From contig JBIIPZ010000025.1 of the NCBI GenBank assembly GCA_044342325.1, forward strand, positions 1 through 47,667: a stretch of 47,667 nucleotides of DNA, read 5' to 3'. Under the pieces are notes generated by a model. It had not been told where the DNA came from and did not search any database. It saw only the letters and a program-made list of their open reading frames with translations. Each line of letters begins with the position of its first letter. The stretch's first letter is position 1. This document shows positions 1-9,412 of this stretch, piece after piece. Source of the DNA: Terrimicrobiaceae bacterium. GTDB lineage: Bacteria > Verrucomicrobiota > Verrucomicrobiia > Chthoniobacterales > Terrimicrobiaceae. The position numbers and the translations under genes are program-made.

Positions 1-693
1 TTGCTGAACGAAATCGAAAGCATAGCCAAGGATTTCGACACCAGCAAACCGCTCGCCAAAATCGAGACCGCAAAAACAATCAGCTCCATGCACCTGGCCA
101 AGGCCCGGAACGCAGCAGTATCGGGGGACAAGACGGCCATGGAAAACGAACTCCGCTCAGCGGCTGAAATCTGGCCACGCAACCCGGCTCTTGCCGAAGT
201 GGGAAACACGATCTTCACGCAGTCCGATGTGCAGCAACAAGCGATGAACGATTTCGACCGCCTTCTCAGCCAGAAAAACCATCGCCAGATTTACAATGAT
301 AAACTGCGCTTCATCGCTGCGGCCGCGATGTATCCCGAGAAACAACAACAGCTGAACAATGTCCTGCAAGGCATGGCCGCCGTGGAAGGGGCCATTCTCA
401 AAGCCAAAGAAATCGCCGGCCGCGGCGATCCTGCCGGAGCTTGGGAAAGCGTCGAAGCGGCTCAAAAAGAATTCCCCGACGACACCGAACTAAACCAACT
501 CCGCGCGTCCCTAACCACCCAAGCGGCTGATTTTGTCCAAACACTGGCGAAGGCCGAGGCGCTTGAGAAACAGAACCAACCCGGCCCCTCGCTGGCGTGG
601 TATTTGCAGGCTCGGAAAAAGTATCCCGCTAGCACATTCGCCCGCGCCGGAATAGACCGCCTCAGCGCACAGGTGCTGCCGGACGCCAAGTAG
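1..693 (+). CDS. Helical/TPR-like hypothetical protein, 5'-partial (C-terminal 230 aa)
   Basis: Frame is open from the window edge to TAG at 691-693; TPR-like helical segments (AAEIWPRNPAL, AQKEFPDDTEL, ARKKYPASTFA). Confidence 0.7.
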   Translation: MLNEIESIAKDFDTSKPLAKIETAKTISSMHLAKARNAAVSGDKTAMENELRSAAEIWPRNPALAEVGNTIFTQSDVQQQAMNDFDRLLSQKNHRQIYNDKLRFIAAAAMYPEKQQQLNNVLQGMAAVEGAILKAKEIAGRGDPAGAWESVEAAQKEFPDDTELNQLRASLTTQAADFVQTLAKAEALEKQNQPGPSLAWYLQARKKYPASTFARAGIDRLSAQVLPDAK

Positions 694-740
694 AAATATC
701 CACTACATCAGGCTGAAACGGGAAAGAAACTTTTGGCCAC

Positions 741-769
741 GGGCAGGCGCTGCTCCCAGCGCCCCTACC
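741..769 (-). repeat. GTAG-type REP-like palindrome
   Basis: Minus strand reads GGTAGGGGCGCTG-GGAG-CAGCGCCTGCCC: a GTAG tetranucleotide followed by a GC-rich hairpin, in an intergenic position. Single copy in the window. Confidence 0.4.
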
Positions 770-915
770 GATGCTAATCGACCAGCCGCAGCGCCAGGCC
801 AGAGTTTTGAGGGCAGAGTGGGATGACGCTCCCGCTCGACGAGGAGCAGGAAGGGACTGAAAAAGACGCAGTTTAAAATCTTGAGGGAAGAGCGGCATGT
901 CATTAAGCAAGCGCC

Positions 916-3900
916 ATGCGTATTACATGGCCATCCCTTGTCCTCATAGCCGGTCTGAGCTTTACGGCTTATAGCGAAAACGACCGCAGCGAGTCTGATT
1001 CAGCAGAAAAGAAGACCTCCCCTCAATCTGCAATGATTTCGGTGGAAGGCGGAGTCATGCCAGCAGGTTCGCGCTGCAAAGACACAATGGTCGCTTCGTT
1101 TTCCCTAAGCCAAACTGAGACAACATGGACTGAATGGCAGGCTGTGCGTTCCTATGCGGAAGATCATGGATACGAATTGAAAAAGACGCCGACAAACGCG
1201 CTTCCCGACCATCCGGCGCAAGGCATTAGCTGGTTCGATGCTATAAAATGGTGCAACGCAAAAAGCGAGATGGAGGGCCTCCAACCGGTCTACACAAGGA
1301 ATGGAGAAGTTTATAAAAAAGGAAATTTCATCCCCGGATTCAACCCCCAGGCGAATGGCTACCGACTTCCCATCGGTGCAGAGTGGGAATGGGCCGCTCG
1401 AGGCGGATCGGAGAGCAAGGGATTCACCTACAGTGGCGGCAATGATTTGAACAAAGTCGCTTGGAACTGGAATAACTCAGCAGGGGCCAAGCAAGAGATG
1501 TCGGACGGACGCGGCACATGGCCCGTCTCGCAGAAGGAAGCCAATGAACTCGGTTTCCACGACATGAGCGGCAATGTCGCCGAATGGTCTGGCGATGAAG
1601 CCAACGGCCCCTTTCGAGGAATCCGTGGCGGCGCTTGGTATGGAGCGGCATCTGATTGCGCAGTGAATCACACAAACTTCAGCAGCGCGGAACTTGGCTA
1701 TGATTTTATCGGTTTCCGGACTGCGCGAGGCGGAGCGATTCAACCAAACACGGCAATTCCCCAACTCGTCTTTTCCAGCGCCCAGGCATTGCCAAGCGGG
1801 AAAACCGGGATGCCTTACAATGCTGAACTTCAAGCTCAAGGAGGCGTGGCACCAGTCTATTTTGCAGTCAAAAAAAATACCCCCCTCCCTGCTGGTCTGA
1901 CTCTGGCAAATGGAAAAATATCGGGCATTCCAACAGCCTCGGGATCTTTTCCCTTCAGTGTTTTGGCCGAGGATTCCAACCCATCGCTACGGAACACGAC
2001 GGAACAATCCTTCACCTTGGAGATTGCCTCCTATGGCTTGGAAATCAGCTCCGATCCGGCGCTGATTTCCGCGAAGGTCCAGGAACCTTTCTCTGTCGCC
2101 TTCACCGCTACCGGCGGTGAGCCTCCTCTCAAATGGTCCGCACCGGACGGGCTTCCTCGCGGCCTCAGTCTAGACGCATCCGCAGGCCTTCTCAGTGGAA
2201 CGCCAAGCCGTCCTGAAAGCGCCTCCATCACGATCCGAGTTACGGACTCCAAAGGCTTCCCAGCAACGCGCTCAGTTCCCGTTTCCATCACCACCGACCC
2301 GCTCCAGATTTCTCAAACCCCTCCCCCATCTGTCATGACTGGGGTGGATTTTCTCTGGCAACTTGAAGCGAAGGGTGGCATGCCCCCCTACAAATACTCA
2401 CTCACTACCGACTCCAAGCTGCCTTCCGGTCTTTATCTCAGCACATACAACCCACCCGGTCGCATTCTGGGAAAATCCAAGTCTGAGGGTTCCCACACCG
2501 TCAAAATCCTTGTTACGGATTCCCTGGCGCAGACTGCCGAACAGGAATTCACGCTGAATATCCTGCCCTACGATCTCGCGATTGAGGACATTTCCACACC
2601 TCTCGAGGGCAAGTATGGCGAACCTATCTCCCAATCACTCAAGGCCACAGGCGGCGTGCCTGCGCTGACTTGGACTGCCGTATCCGACCTCCCCAAAGGC
2701 ATCACTTTAAATCCCGCCACTGGTTCGATTCAGGGCACACCACTCACGGCAGGCTCTTTCGATGTCGTTTTCAAAGTCACTGACTCGAACTCCCGAACGG
2801 TCACAAAAAATGCAACTTTCCGCATTACTGTCGATCCCGTTGCAATAACCACCTCCAGCCTTTCTGCCGCAAAGGCCGGAACACCCTACACAGCAGATAT
2901 TCTTACGACTGGAGGAGTTCTTCCAGTCGCCATTTCCGTCAAATCAGGCAGCGAACTCCCGCCCGGGCTCAGTCTCGCCAAGGGCAAAATTTCCGGCACT
3001 CCATCAGTTGCCGGAAGCTTCTCGTTCACCATTGTGGCACAAGACTCGAACTCTTCCGCCAAATCCCAATCGGAGCAAACCTTCGATCTTGAAATTGCAC
3101 CCTACGGTATGGAGATCAGCTCGGAACCAGCCATGATTTCCGGCAAGGTCAAAGAACCTGTCTCCGCACCATTCACCGCCACGGGTGGAGAACCTCCCTA
3201 CAAATGGTCCGCAACCGGCGACCTGCCTCGCGGTCTCTCGATAAACGCCACGACTGGTGTATTCGGCGGCATCCCTTCAAACTTGACCAGCAGCACGATC
3301 ACAATCCGGGTCACAGATTCCAAGGGATTCCCTGTCATGCGTTCGATACAGGTCTCGATCACCGCTGACCCTCTCGCCATTGCTTTAGATGCCCCTCCCT
3401 CGACCATGGCAGGAGCAGATTTCCTCTGGCAGGTTCCAGTCAAAGGCGGACTTCCCCCCTACAAAGTCGAGCTCGCACAAGCCAGCAAACTCCCACCGGG
3501 GCTTTTCCTCAGCGAGTATGCGCCTCATGGCCGCATAATGGGCGAACCGAGCGCCACAGGTTCCTTCCGCTTCAAAGTCATCGCCAAAGACACACTCGCA
3601 CAACAAGTCGAAGAGGAAGTAACCATCACAGTCATCCCTTACGACCTCGCAATTGCTGACATCTCCCAGTTCGAGTCAAAATACAATGAACCATTGAAAA
3701 TCGCTCCAACCGCGACTGGAGGTGTGCCTCCGCTAGCTTGGAGCATCCTAGGCACACTACCGAAGGGAATCACAATCAATGCTACCAGCGGCGAGATCAA
3801 CGGTGAGCCGCTGAAAACAGGCTCATTTGACTTCACGGTGAAGGTGACAGATGCCAAGCGCAAATCCGCTACCACCAATGCAAGTATCCGCATCACCTCC

Positions 3901-6231
3901 GACCCGCTTTCTATAACCACATCAAGCCTCCCCGCAGCCAAAGCTGGAGTGCCATTCAACGCTGAAATCGCCAGCAACGGCGGCATTCTTCCCGTGAACT
4001 TCTCGGTCAAATCCGGCAACAAGCTCCCGCCGGGACTGACGCTTAGCAAAGGCCGGATTTCGGGCACGCCATCCGCCGCAGGAAGTTTCACATTCACCAT
4101 CACGGCGGAGGATTCTAATTCTTCATCAAAATCGAAAATCGAGCAGACCTATAGCCTCGAGATTCAATCCTACGGCATGGAAATCGCCCCTGATCCGGAC
4201 TTGATATCAGGGAAAGTCAAGGAACCCCTGTCCGTCACATTCACCGCCACAGGCGGCCAACCTCCTTATAAATGGTCCACAACCGGCGACCTGCCGCGCG
4301 GACTTTCGATCGATGCTTCCACGGGCATTCTTGCGGGCATGCCCAGCGAGCTGAAAACCGGCACCATCATGATCCGGGTTTCGGATGCCACAGGATTCCC
4401 ATCCACACGCTCCATTCCGGTGTCTATCACTACCGATCCATTGGAGATTATCCATGAACCATCCCCAGAAACGCGTCCGGGCGTTGATTTCAAGTGGTCC
4501 TTTCAACTCAAGGGTGGTCTCTCACCACTCCCGATCAGACTGGCAAGCGAGAGCACCCTACCGCCGGGACTTTATTTGAGCTTCAGCGGCACATCCGCTA
4601 GCATCCAAGGAAAGCCCCGCAGCGAGGGAACATTCAACTTCACGCTTATTGCGGAGGATGCGGGGTCCGAACCGGTCAAAAAAGATCTGGTGCTTGTCAT
4701 TCCCCCCACCCCGCTTGAAATCGCTGAGAGTCCCCTACCCGTTGCCATCACCACACAATCCCTGCCGCCGGCTCGCTTGGGAACACCTTACAGCCAAGCT
4801 ATCGAGACCTCGGGTGGTCTGCCGCAGCTGAAACTTGCCCTGAAACCTGGAAGCCAACTTCCTCCCGGCATCCTTCTTGTTAAAGAAAAACTCACCGGAA
4901 CGCCGTCCGTCGTCGGCAACCATACCTTCACACTTACGGCAACAGATATCCAAGCCTCAAGCGCGGAAGCCACATTCACGCTATTTGTTAGCGAAAAACC
5001 GATGCAAATCGCCGGCCCTAGGAACGCCAAAGGCGAAGAGTTCAAACCATTCACCGCCGAGTTGCGGGTGAAGGGCGGAAAAGCTCCCTACACATGGTCA
5101 AACCGCGATCCACTTCCGGCAGGGCTCACACTGAACGCATCGACTGGCATTCTCTCTGGACAGCCCGTCAAAGGCACTGCGGGCAACCACTCCGTGGCCG
5201 TGCAAGTGACCGATGCGGAAGCCCAGGCAGCCTCAGGCCTCTTTGCCTTCACCCTCACCGCTGGCGAGCCCTTGACCATCTTAGAAAAAACCTTGCCGAC
5301 CGCGACACTCAACATGCCCTACAGTGCAAAACCCACTGCCAAGGGCGGCAACGCGAAGAAACTCAAATGGACTATCGAATCCGGAAAACTTCCACCAGGG
5401 CTGTCATTGAACGAGACAACAGGTGAGATCTCGGGAAGGCCCCCCCAAGCAGGCACCGAGGAGATCGTTGCCAAAGTGGAGGACTCCTTCGGCAACACCA
5501 GCATCCAACTCTTCCCGATCACGGTCGGCGTGGAATTCAATCCCGGTATGGTTTTTGTGCTTGGCGGAAAACTACCCGCCATCTCCCCGCTCGGTGAACA
5601 AACCGTGGCAGATTTTTATATAAGCCGCTACGAACTGACCTGGGGCGAATGGAAAACGACACGCGCGACGGCTTCCACAAAAGGCTATGACATCACGGAG
5701 TCAGGAAAAGGAACCGCCGATGACCACCCTGTTCAAAATGTGACATGGTATGAAGCCGTCAAATGGTGCAACTTGAAAAGCGAGAATGAGGGTCTCACGC
5801 CCGTCTACACGATTGGAGGTGCCACCTACAAAACCGGCAATCAGGCTCCGGAAGCCAATCCCCAGGCAAATGGTTACCGCCTTCCCACTGAACTCGAATG
5901 GGAATGGGCTGCCCGAGGTGGTGTTTCCTCGAAAGCCTCAAACTACAGTGGAGCCAACGAACTCGATGCCGTAGCCTGGCATGCGGGAAACAATTCCTCC
6001 GGCGAGACCCACCCTGTGGGCGCCAAGCGGGCTAATGAACTTGGAATTCAAGATATGAGCGGCAATGTGCAAGAGTGGTGTTGGGATTCCCACAAAAACT
6101 ACCGCCGCGTGCGTGGAGGCAGCATTAAAGACGAGTCCTTCGCGTGCTCGATCACGAGTAGCGACTTCAACATTCCTGAACGGGCATCACAAAACACAGG
6201 CTTCAGGCCCGCCCGGAATTTTAAAAAATAA
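916..6231 (+). CDS. Large secreted protein: signal peptide, N-terminal FGE-sulfatase (SUMF1-like) domain, 14 He_PIG/Ig-like repeats, C-terminal FGE-sulfatase domain
   Basis: Both ends carry GYRLPxxxEWEWAARGG, NELGxxDMSGNVxEW, RGG and GFR motifs. The middle is ~90-aa repeats with GGxPP and LPxGLxL...G.ISGTP motifs. Confidence 0.9.
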   Translation: MRITWPSLVLIAGLSFTAYSENDRSESDSAEKKTSPQSAMISVEGGVMPAGSRCKDTMVASFSLSQTETTWTEWQAVRSYAEDHGYELKKTPTNALPDHPAQGISWFDAIKWCNAKSEMEGLQPVYTRNGEVYKKGNFIPGFNPQANGYRLPIGAEWEWAARGGSESKGFTYSGGNDLNKVAWNWNNSAGAKQEMSDGRGTWPVSQKEANELGFHDMSGNVAEWSGDEANGPFRGIRGGAWYGAASDCAVNHTNFSSAELGYDFIGFRTARGGAIQPNTAIPQLVFSSAQALPSGKTGMPYNAELQAQGGVAPVYFAVKKNTPLPAGLTLANGKISGIPTASGSFPFSVLAEDSNPSLRNTTEQSFTLEIASYGLEISSDPALISAKVQEPFSVAFTATGGEPPLKWSAPDGLPRGLSLDASAGLLSGTPSRPESASITIRVTDSKGFPATRSVPVSITTDPLQISQTPPPSVMTGVDFLWQLEAKGGMPPYKYSLTTDSKLPSGLYLSTYNPPGRILGKSKSEGSHTVKILVTDSLAQTAEQEFTLNILPYDLAIEDISTPLEGKYGEPISQSLKATGGVPALTWTAVSDLPKGITLNPATGSIQGTPLTAGSFDVVFKVTDSNSRTVTKNATFRITVDPVAITTSSLSAAKAGTPYTADILTTGGVLPVAISVKSGSELPPGLSLAKGKISGTPSVAGSFSFTIVAQDSNSSAKSQSEQTFDLEIAPYGMEISSEPAMISGKVKEPVSAPFTATGGEPPYKWSATGDLPRGLSINATTGVFGGIPSNLTSSTITIRVTDSKGFPVMRSIQVSITADPLAIALDAPPSTMAGADFLWQVPVKGGLPPYKVELAQASKLPPGLFLSEYAPHGRIMGEPSATGSFRFKVIAKDTLAQQVEEEVTITVIPYDLAIADISQFESKYNEPLKIAPTATGGVPPLAWSILGTLPKGITINATSGEINGEPLKTGSFDFTVKVTDAKRKSATTNASIRITSDPLSITTSSLPAAKAGVPFNAEIASNGGILPVNFSVKSGNKLPPGLTLSKGRISGTPSAAGSFTFTITAEDSNSSSKSKIEQTYSLEIQSYGMEIAPDPDLISGKVKEPLSVTFTATGGQPPYKWSTTGDLPRGLSIDASTGILAGMPSELKTGTIMIRVSDATGFPSTRSIPVSITTDPLEIIHEPSPETRPGVDFKWSFQLKGGLSPLPIRLASESTLPPGLYLSFSGTSASIQGKPRSEGTFNFTLIAEDAGSEPVKKDLVLVIPPTPLEIAESPLPVAITTQSLPPARLGTPYSQAIETSGGLPQLKLALKPGSQLPPGILLVKEKLTGTPSVVGNHTFTLTATDIQASSAEATFTLFVSEKPMQIAGPRNAKGEEFKPFTAELRVKGGKAPYTWSNRDPLPAGLTLNASTGILSGQPVKGTAGNHSVAVQVTDAEAQAASGLFAFTLTAGEPLTILEKTLPTATLNMPYSAKPTAKGGNAKKLKWTIESGKLPPGLSLNETTGEISGRPPQAGTEEIVAKVEDSFGNTSIQLFPITVGVEFNPGMVFVLGGKLPAISPLGEQTVADFYISRYELTWGEWKTTRATASTKGYDITESGKGTADDHPVQNVTWYEAVKWCNLKSENEGLTPVYTIGGATYKTGNQAPEANPQANGYRLPTELEWEWAARGGVSSKASNYSGANELDAVAWHAGNNSSGETHPVGAKRANELGIQDMSGNVQEWCWDSHKNYRRVRGGSIKDESFACSITSSDFNIPERASQNTGFRPARNFKK

Positions 6232-6246
6232 GCCACCTCTCAGAGG

Positions 6247-6333
6247 TCACTGCAGCGGCTTGAGAAAAGGCGCAACGACGCAGCTGAGGGCTAGAATGGA
6301 AAAAACAGCGAGGACTAGGAAATGGAGAAACAT
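6247..6333 (-). CDS. Candidate 28-aa hydrophobic membrane peptide MFLHFLVLAVFSILALSCVVAPFLKPLQ
   Basis: Hand-translated ATG(6333)..TGA(6247); AAAGGAGG at 6354-6347 (13 nt upstream); TTGATT-N17-AATAAT further upstream. Too short for the ORF track. Confidence 0.45.
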   Translation of the reverse strand: MFLHFLVLAVFSILALSCVVAPFLKPLQ

Positions 6334-6503
6334 GCGAAAACCTACGCCTCCTTTCAGACTTCGCAACCAGTGACAGGATTATTTTATACCTCCCAAAGGG
6401 AATCAAGGTAACGAGACCAAGCGGGATTCCTATCTGGGGCTCGCCTATAACTTCAAAAAGAAGTTTTTCCCTTTTCCAAAGGCCTGTTTAACCTCCCGCA
6501 CCT

Positions 6504-7619
6504 ATGCTCAAAACAGGAATCGTCGGGCTCCCGAATGTGGGAAAATCCACTCTCTTCAACGCCGTCACCCGCACGCGCAAGGCCCAAGCGGCCAACTTCC
6601 CATTCTGCACCATCGAACCGAATGTCGGTATCGTGAACGTGCCCGATGAACGCTTGCAGAAACTTGCGGATCTCTCGAAGTCCGAAAAAATCCTGCCAGC
6701 GGCGATTGAGTTTGTGGATATCGCAGGGCTTGTAGCTGGCGCGAGCGAGGGAGAGGGGCTTGGAAACCAGTTTCTGAGCCACATCCGAGAGGTCGATGCC
6801 ATCATTCAAGTCGTGCGCTGTTTTGAAAGCGAGGACATCCACCATGTCGCCGGAGCAGTCGATCCCGTGCGCGACATCGAAGTGATCAACACGGAACTCA
6901 TCCTTGCCGACCTCGGGGCAATAAAAAAACGCGCCGAGCGAAACCAAAAAGGCGCCCGCAGCGGAGACAAGGCAGCAAAGGCGGAAGTCGCCCTGGCTGA
7001 GAAACTCATTCCCCACCTCGACTCCGGCAAGCCCGCTCTCACGGCCGAACTCAGCACTGACGAAAAAGAACTCCTGCGAGGATTTTTCCTGCTCACATCG
7101 AAGCCGACACTCTTTGCCTGCAACGTGGGAGAAAACGATCTCTCGGACCTTGATGCTGACTCCCCTGCGGCCAAGCATGTGAAGGCCGTGCGTGAATATG
7201 CCGCCAAGCATCTGGGCTGTGAAGCTGTGGTCATCAGTGCCCAGATCGAGAGCGAGCTCGCAGAACTTCCCGCTGAAGAGGCTGCTGAGTTTCTGGCTGG
7301 CTTGGGTGTCAAGGACAGCGGCGTAAGCCAACTCATCCGCGCCGCCTACCATCTGCTTGGCCTGCGCACCTACCTCACAACCGGTCCCAAGGAATCCCGC
7401 GCATGGACGATCAATGCGGGTGACAAAGCCCCTGCCGCTGCGGGCGTCATCCACAGCGATTTCGAGCGCGGATTCATCGCGGCGCAGATCGTTTCCTTCG
7501 AGGATCTCATGACTCTCGGCTCTGAAGCCAAAGCGCGTGAAGCCGGAAAGCTTCGCCTTGAAGGCAAGGAATACGTGGTCCAAGACGGCGACGTCGTGGA
7601 GTTTCGATTCAACGTCTAA
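6504..7619 (+). CDS. ychF: Redox-regulated ATPase YchF (Obg family)
   Basis: [31 protein letters not shown], and C-terminal [17 protein letters not shown]. Confidence 0.97.
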   Translation: MLKTGIVGLPNVGKSTLFNAVTRTRKAQAANFPFCTIEPNVGIVNVPDERLQKLADLSKSEKILPAAIEFVDIAGLVAGASEGEGLGNQFLSHIREVDAIIQVVRCFESEDIHHVAGAVDPVRDIEVINTELILADLGAIKKRAERNQKGARSGDKAAKAEVALAEKLIPHLDSGKPALTAELSTDEKELLRGFFLLTSKPTLFACNVGENDLSDLDADSPAAKHVKAVREYAAKHLGCEAVVISAQIESELAELPAEEAAEFLAGLGVKDSGVSQLIRAAYHLLGLRTYLTTGPKESRAWTINAGDKAPAAAGVIHSDFERGFIAAQIVSFEDLMTLGSEAKAREAGKLRLEGKEYVVQDGDVVEFRFNV

Positions 7620-7655
7620 TCACTCTTCAGAGCAGCAGGAAAAATCCTATCAGGC

Positions 7656-8270
7656 TCAGGCTGCGACGGTCTCTGGCCGCTCGATGGGACGGAAACGAAA
7701 ACGCTCATGGTATTTTCCACCGTTGTGCTTGCGACAGCATTTGATGCACGCAGCCTTGCGGCGGAGAATTTTTACACGGGCCAGGATCGTTGAGCACTCG
7801 GGGCAGGCATAAAAAAACTTTCGCGTGATGCGGCGGCGTTTGAAGGGGAGTTCATGGCAACGCGCCTCGTTGGGAATTCCAAGATCGGCGCAAGCCTGAT
7901 GCCACTCCTCACCGTGCGCTTCGATACGATGGCGACCGACACGGTGCTTGGCCAGAAGGTGAGCCAACTCATGGCGCAGCGTCCGCTGAACCTCTGCAGA
8001 AGAAACCTCAAGAAGCTTGGGATTCAAAACGACCATTCGATCACTCCACACGGCCAGACCAGCCGTAGTGCGGAGGCCGGGATTCCAAAAGACACGCACT
8101 TGAAGTTGCCTACACCCAACCGACTTCAGAAGCTGGTTTGCAAAATCCTCCAGCAACGGATCATGGCGCAGGCGGGTCTTGCGCCTTGGGAGTGCTATTT
8201 CATCCGGAGAAGTGCGCACGCGCCTCATGACCGAACGTCCAAAATCCATGACGAGTTGCTTGTATTTCAC
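7656..8270 (-). CDS. SprT-like zinc metalloprotease family protein
   Basis: LRTTAG, HELAH (HExxH), HGxEW and a C-terminal CxxC...CxxC zinc ribbon. Confidence 0.85.
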   Translation of the reverse strand: MKYKQLVMDFGRSVMRRVRTSPDEIALPRRKTRLRHDPLLEDFANQLLKSVGCRQLQVRVFWNPGLRTTAGLAVWSDRMVVLNPKLLEVSSAEVQRTLRHELAHLLAKHRVGRHRIEAHGEEWHQACADLGIPNEARCHELPFKRRRITRKFFYACPECSTILARVKILRRKAACIKCCRKHNGGKYHERFRFRPIERPETVAA

Positions 8271-9412
8271 GCAGCCAATGCAGGTTGAAGTTTTGCGACG
8301 CGGGCGATGGCTGTGGATGCGAGATCGACACCAGCCTCCGTGGTGCCACGCCCCATGGAAAACCTGACTGTGGCCAGAGCTGTTCGTGAATCAACGCCCA
8401 TAGCAATGAGAACATGGGAAGCCTGAATCGAGCCGACCATGCAGGCAGAACCACTGGAAACACAGACGCCCTCCAAATCGAGTCCCATCAAAAGCGATTC
8501 CCCATCCGCCCCCGGGAAACTGACATTCAGTGTATTGGCGAGTGATCGTGCAGGGTCACCGTTTCGAATCGCTTGCGGGCAGGTGGAATGAATTCCCTCC
8601 CAGAGCCTCTCACGGAGTGGTGCAAGGCGCTCCGCGTCCTCTGCAGCGCGGTTAATTGCGACTTCGGCGGCTGCGGCCATTCCCACGATGGCCGCGACAT
8701 TCTCCGTTCCCGGACGACGGGAGTTTTCATGCGAACCGCCATAAGAAGTGCGTGAGAGCGCAATGCCAGCGCGAAGATAAAGAGCTCCCACTCCTTTGGG
8801 ACCATAGAACTTGTGAGCTGCGATTGAAATAGCTGAAAGACCCGGTAACGAGGTGGTGACAGGGATTTTTCCGAATGTCTGAACGGCATCTGTGTGAAAA
8901 AAAACGCCACGCTCTGCGCAGACCGCTGCAATTTCTTCAAGCGACTGGATTACCCCAGTCTCGTTGTTCGCGTGCATGATGGAGACAACGCTGGTCTCCT
9001 TGCGAATCAGACGGGCCAAAAGCGCAGGATCAACGACTCCGGCGGAATCCACCGGAAGAATAGTGACCTCGAAACCTTCAAAATGCTGCAGGTGTTCGGC
9101 CGCATGGAGGACGGCATGGTGCTCCACAGCGGAAATGATGATATGTTTGCCGCGCACGGCATGGGCGCGGGCGATGCCGATCAGGCCTAGGTTGCAAGAC
9201 TCGGTGCCACCTCCAGTGAAAATAATCTCATGCGCCTTCGCCCCGAGCAAAGCCGCCATGCGGTCGCGAGCATCATCCACCGCCGCTCGCGCACGACGCC
9301 CCGCTGAGTGGATGGAAGAGGGATTCCCATACTCCCCGTCAAGAAAAGGCAACATGGCCTCTCTGGCCTCGCTGGCTAGGGGTGTGGTGGCGTTGTGATC
9401 TAGATAAACCAT
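8267..9412 (-). CDS. iscS: Cysteine desulfurase (IscS/NifS family)
   Basis: YLDHNATTP, GNPSS, HTDAVQ, AHKFYGPKG (PLP lysine), SSGSAC. Confidence 0.93.
   Translation of the reverse strand: MVYLDHNATTPLASEAREAMLPFLDGEYGNPSSIHSAGRRARAAVDDARDRMAALLGAKAHEIIFTGGGTESCNLGLIGIARAHAVRGKHIIISAVEHHAVLHAAEHLQHFEGFEVTILPVDSAGVVDPALLARLIRKETSVVSIMHANNETGVIQSLEEIAAVCAERGVFFHTDAVQTFGKIPVTTSLPGLSAISIAAHKFYGPKGVGALYLRAGIALSRTSYGGSHENSRRPGTENVAAIVGMAAAAEVAINRAAEDAERLAPLRERLWEGIHSTCPQAIRNGDPARSLANTLNVSFPGADGESLLMGLDLEGVCVSSGSACMVGSIQASHVLIAMGVDSRTALATVRFSMGRGTTEAGVDLASTAIARVAKLQPALAA

Noticed and set aside
6380..6455. Plus-strand reading ...ETKRDSYLGLAYNF resembling a beta-barrel C-terminal signal
   Set aside because: No start codon or gene body and no stop after the Phe; likely chance.
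5548..6503. Diversity-generating retroelement targeting the C-terminal FGE/CLec domain
   Set aside because: No reverse transcriptase or Avd gene and no near-identical template repeat differing at adenines in the window; the N-terminal FGE copy is too divergent. Remote targeting cannot be excluded.
6453..7583. Long antisense ORFs (376 aa here; also 19398-20510, 30926-32020, 42113-43087)
   Set aside because: Shadows of conserved genes on the opposite strand caused by GC-rich codon bias; no recognisable motifs.
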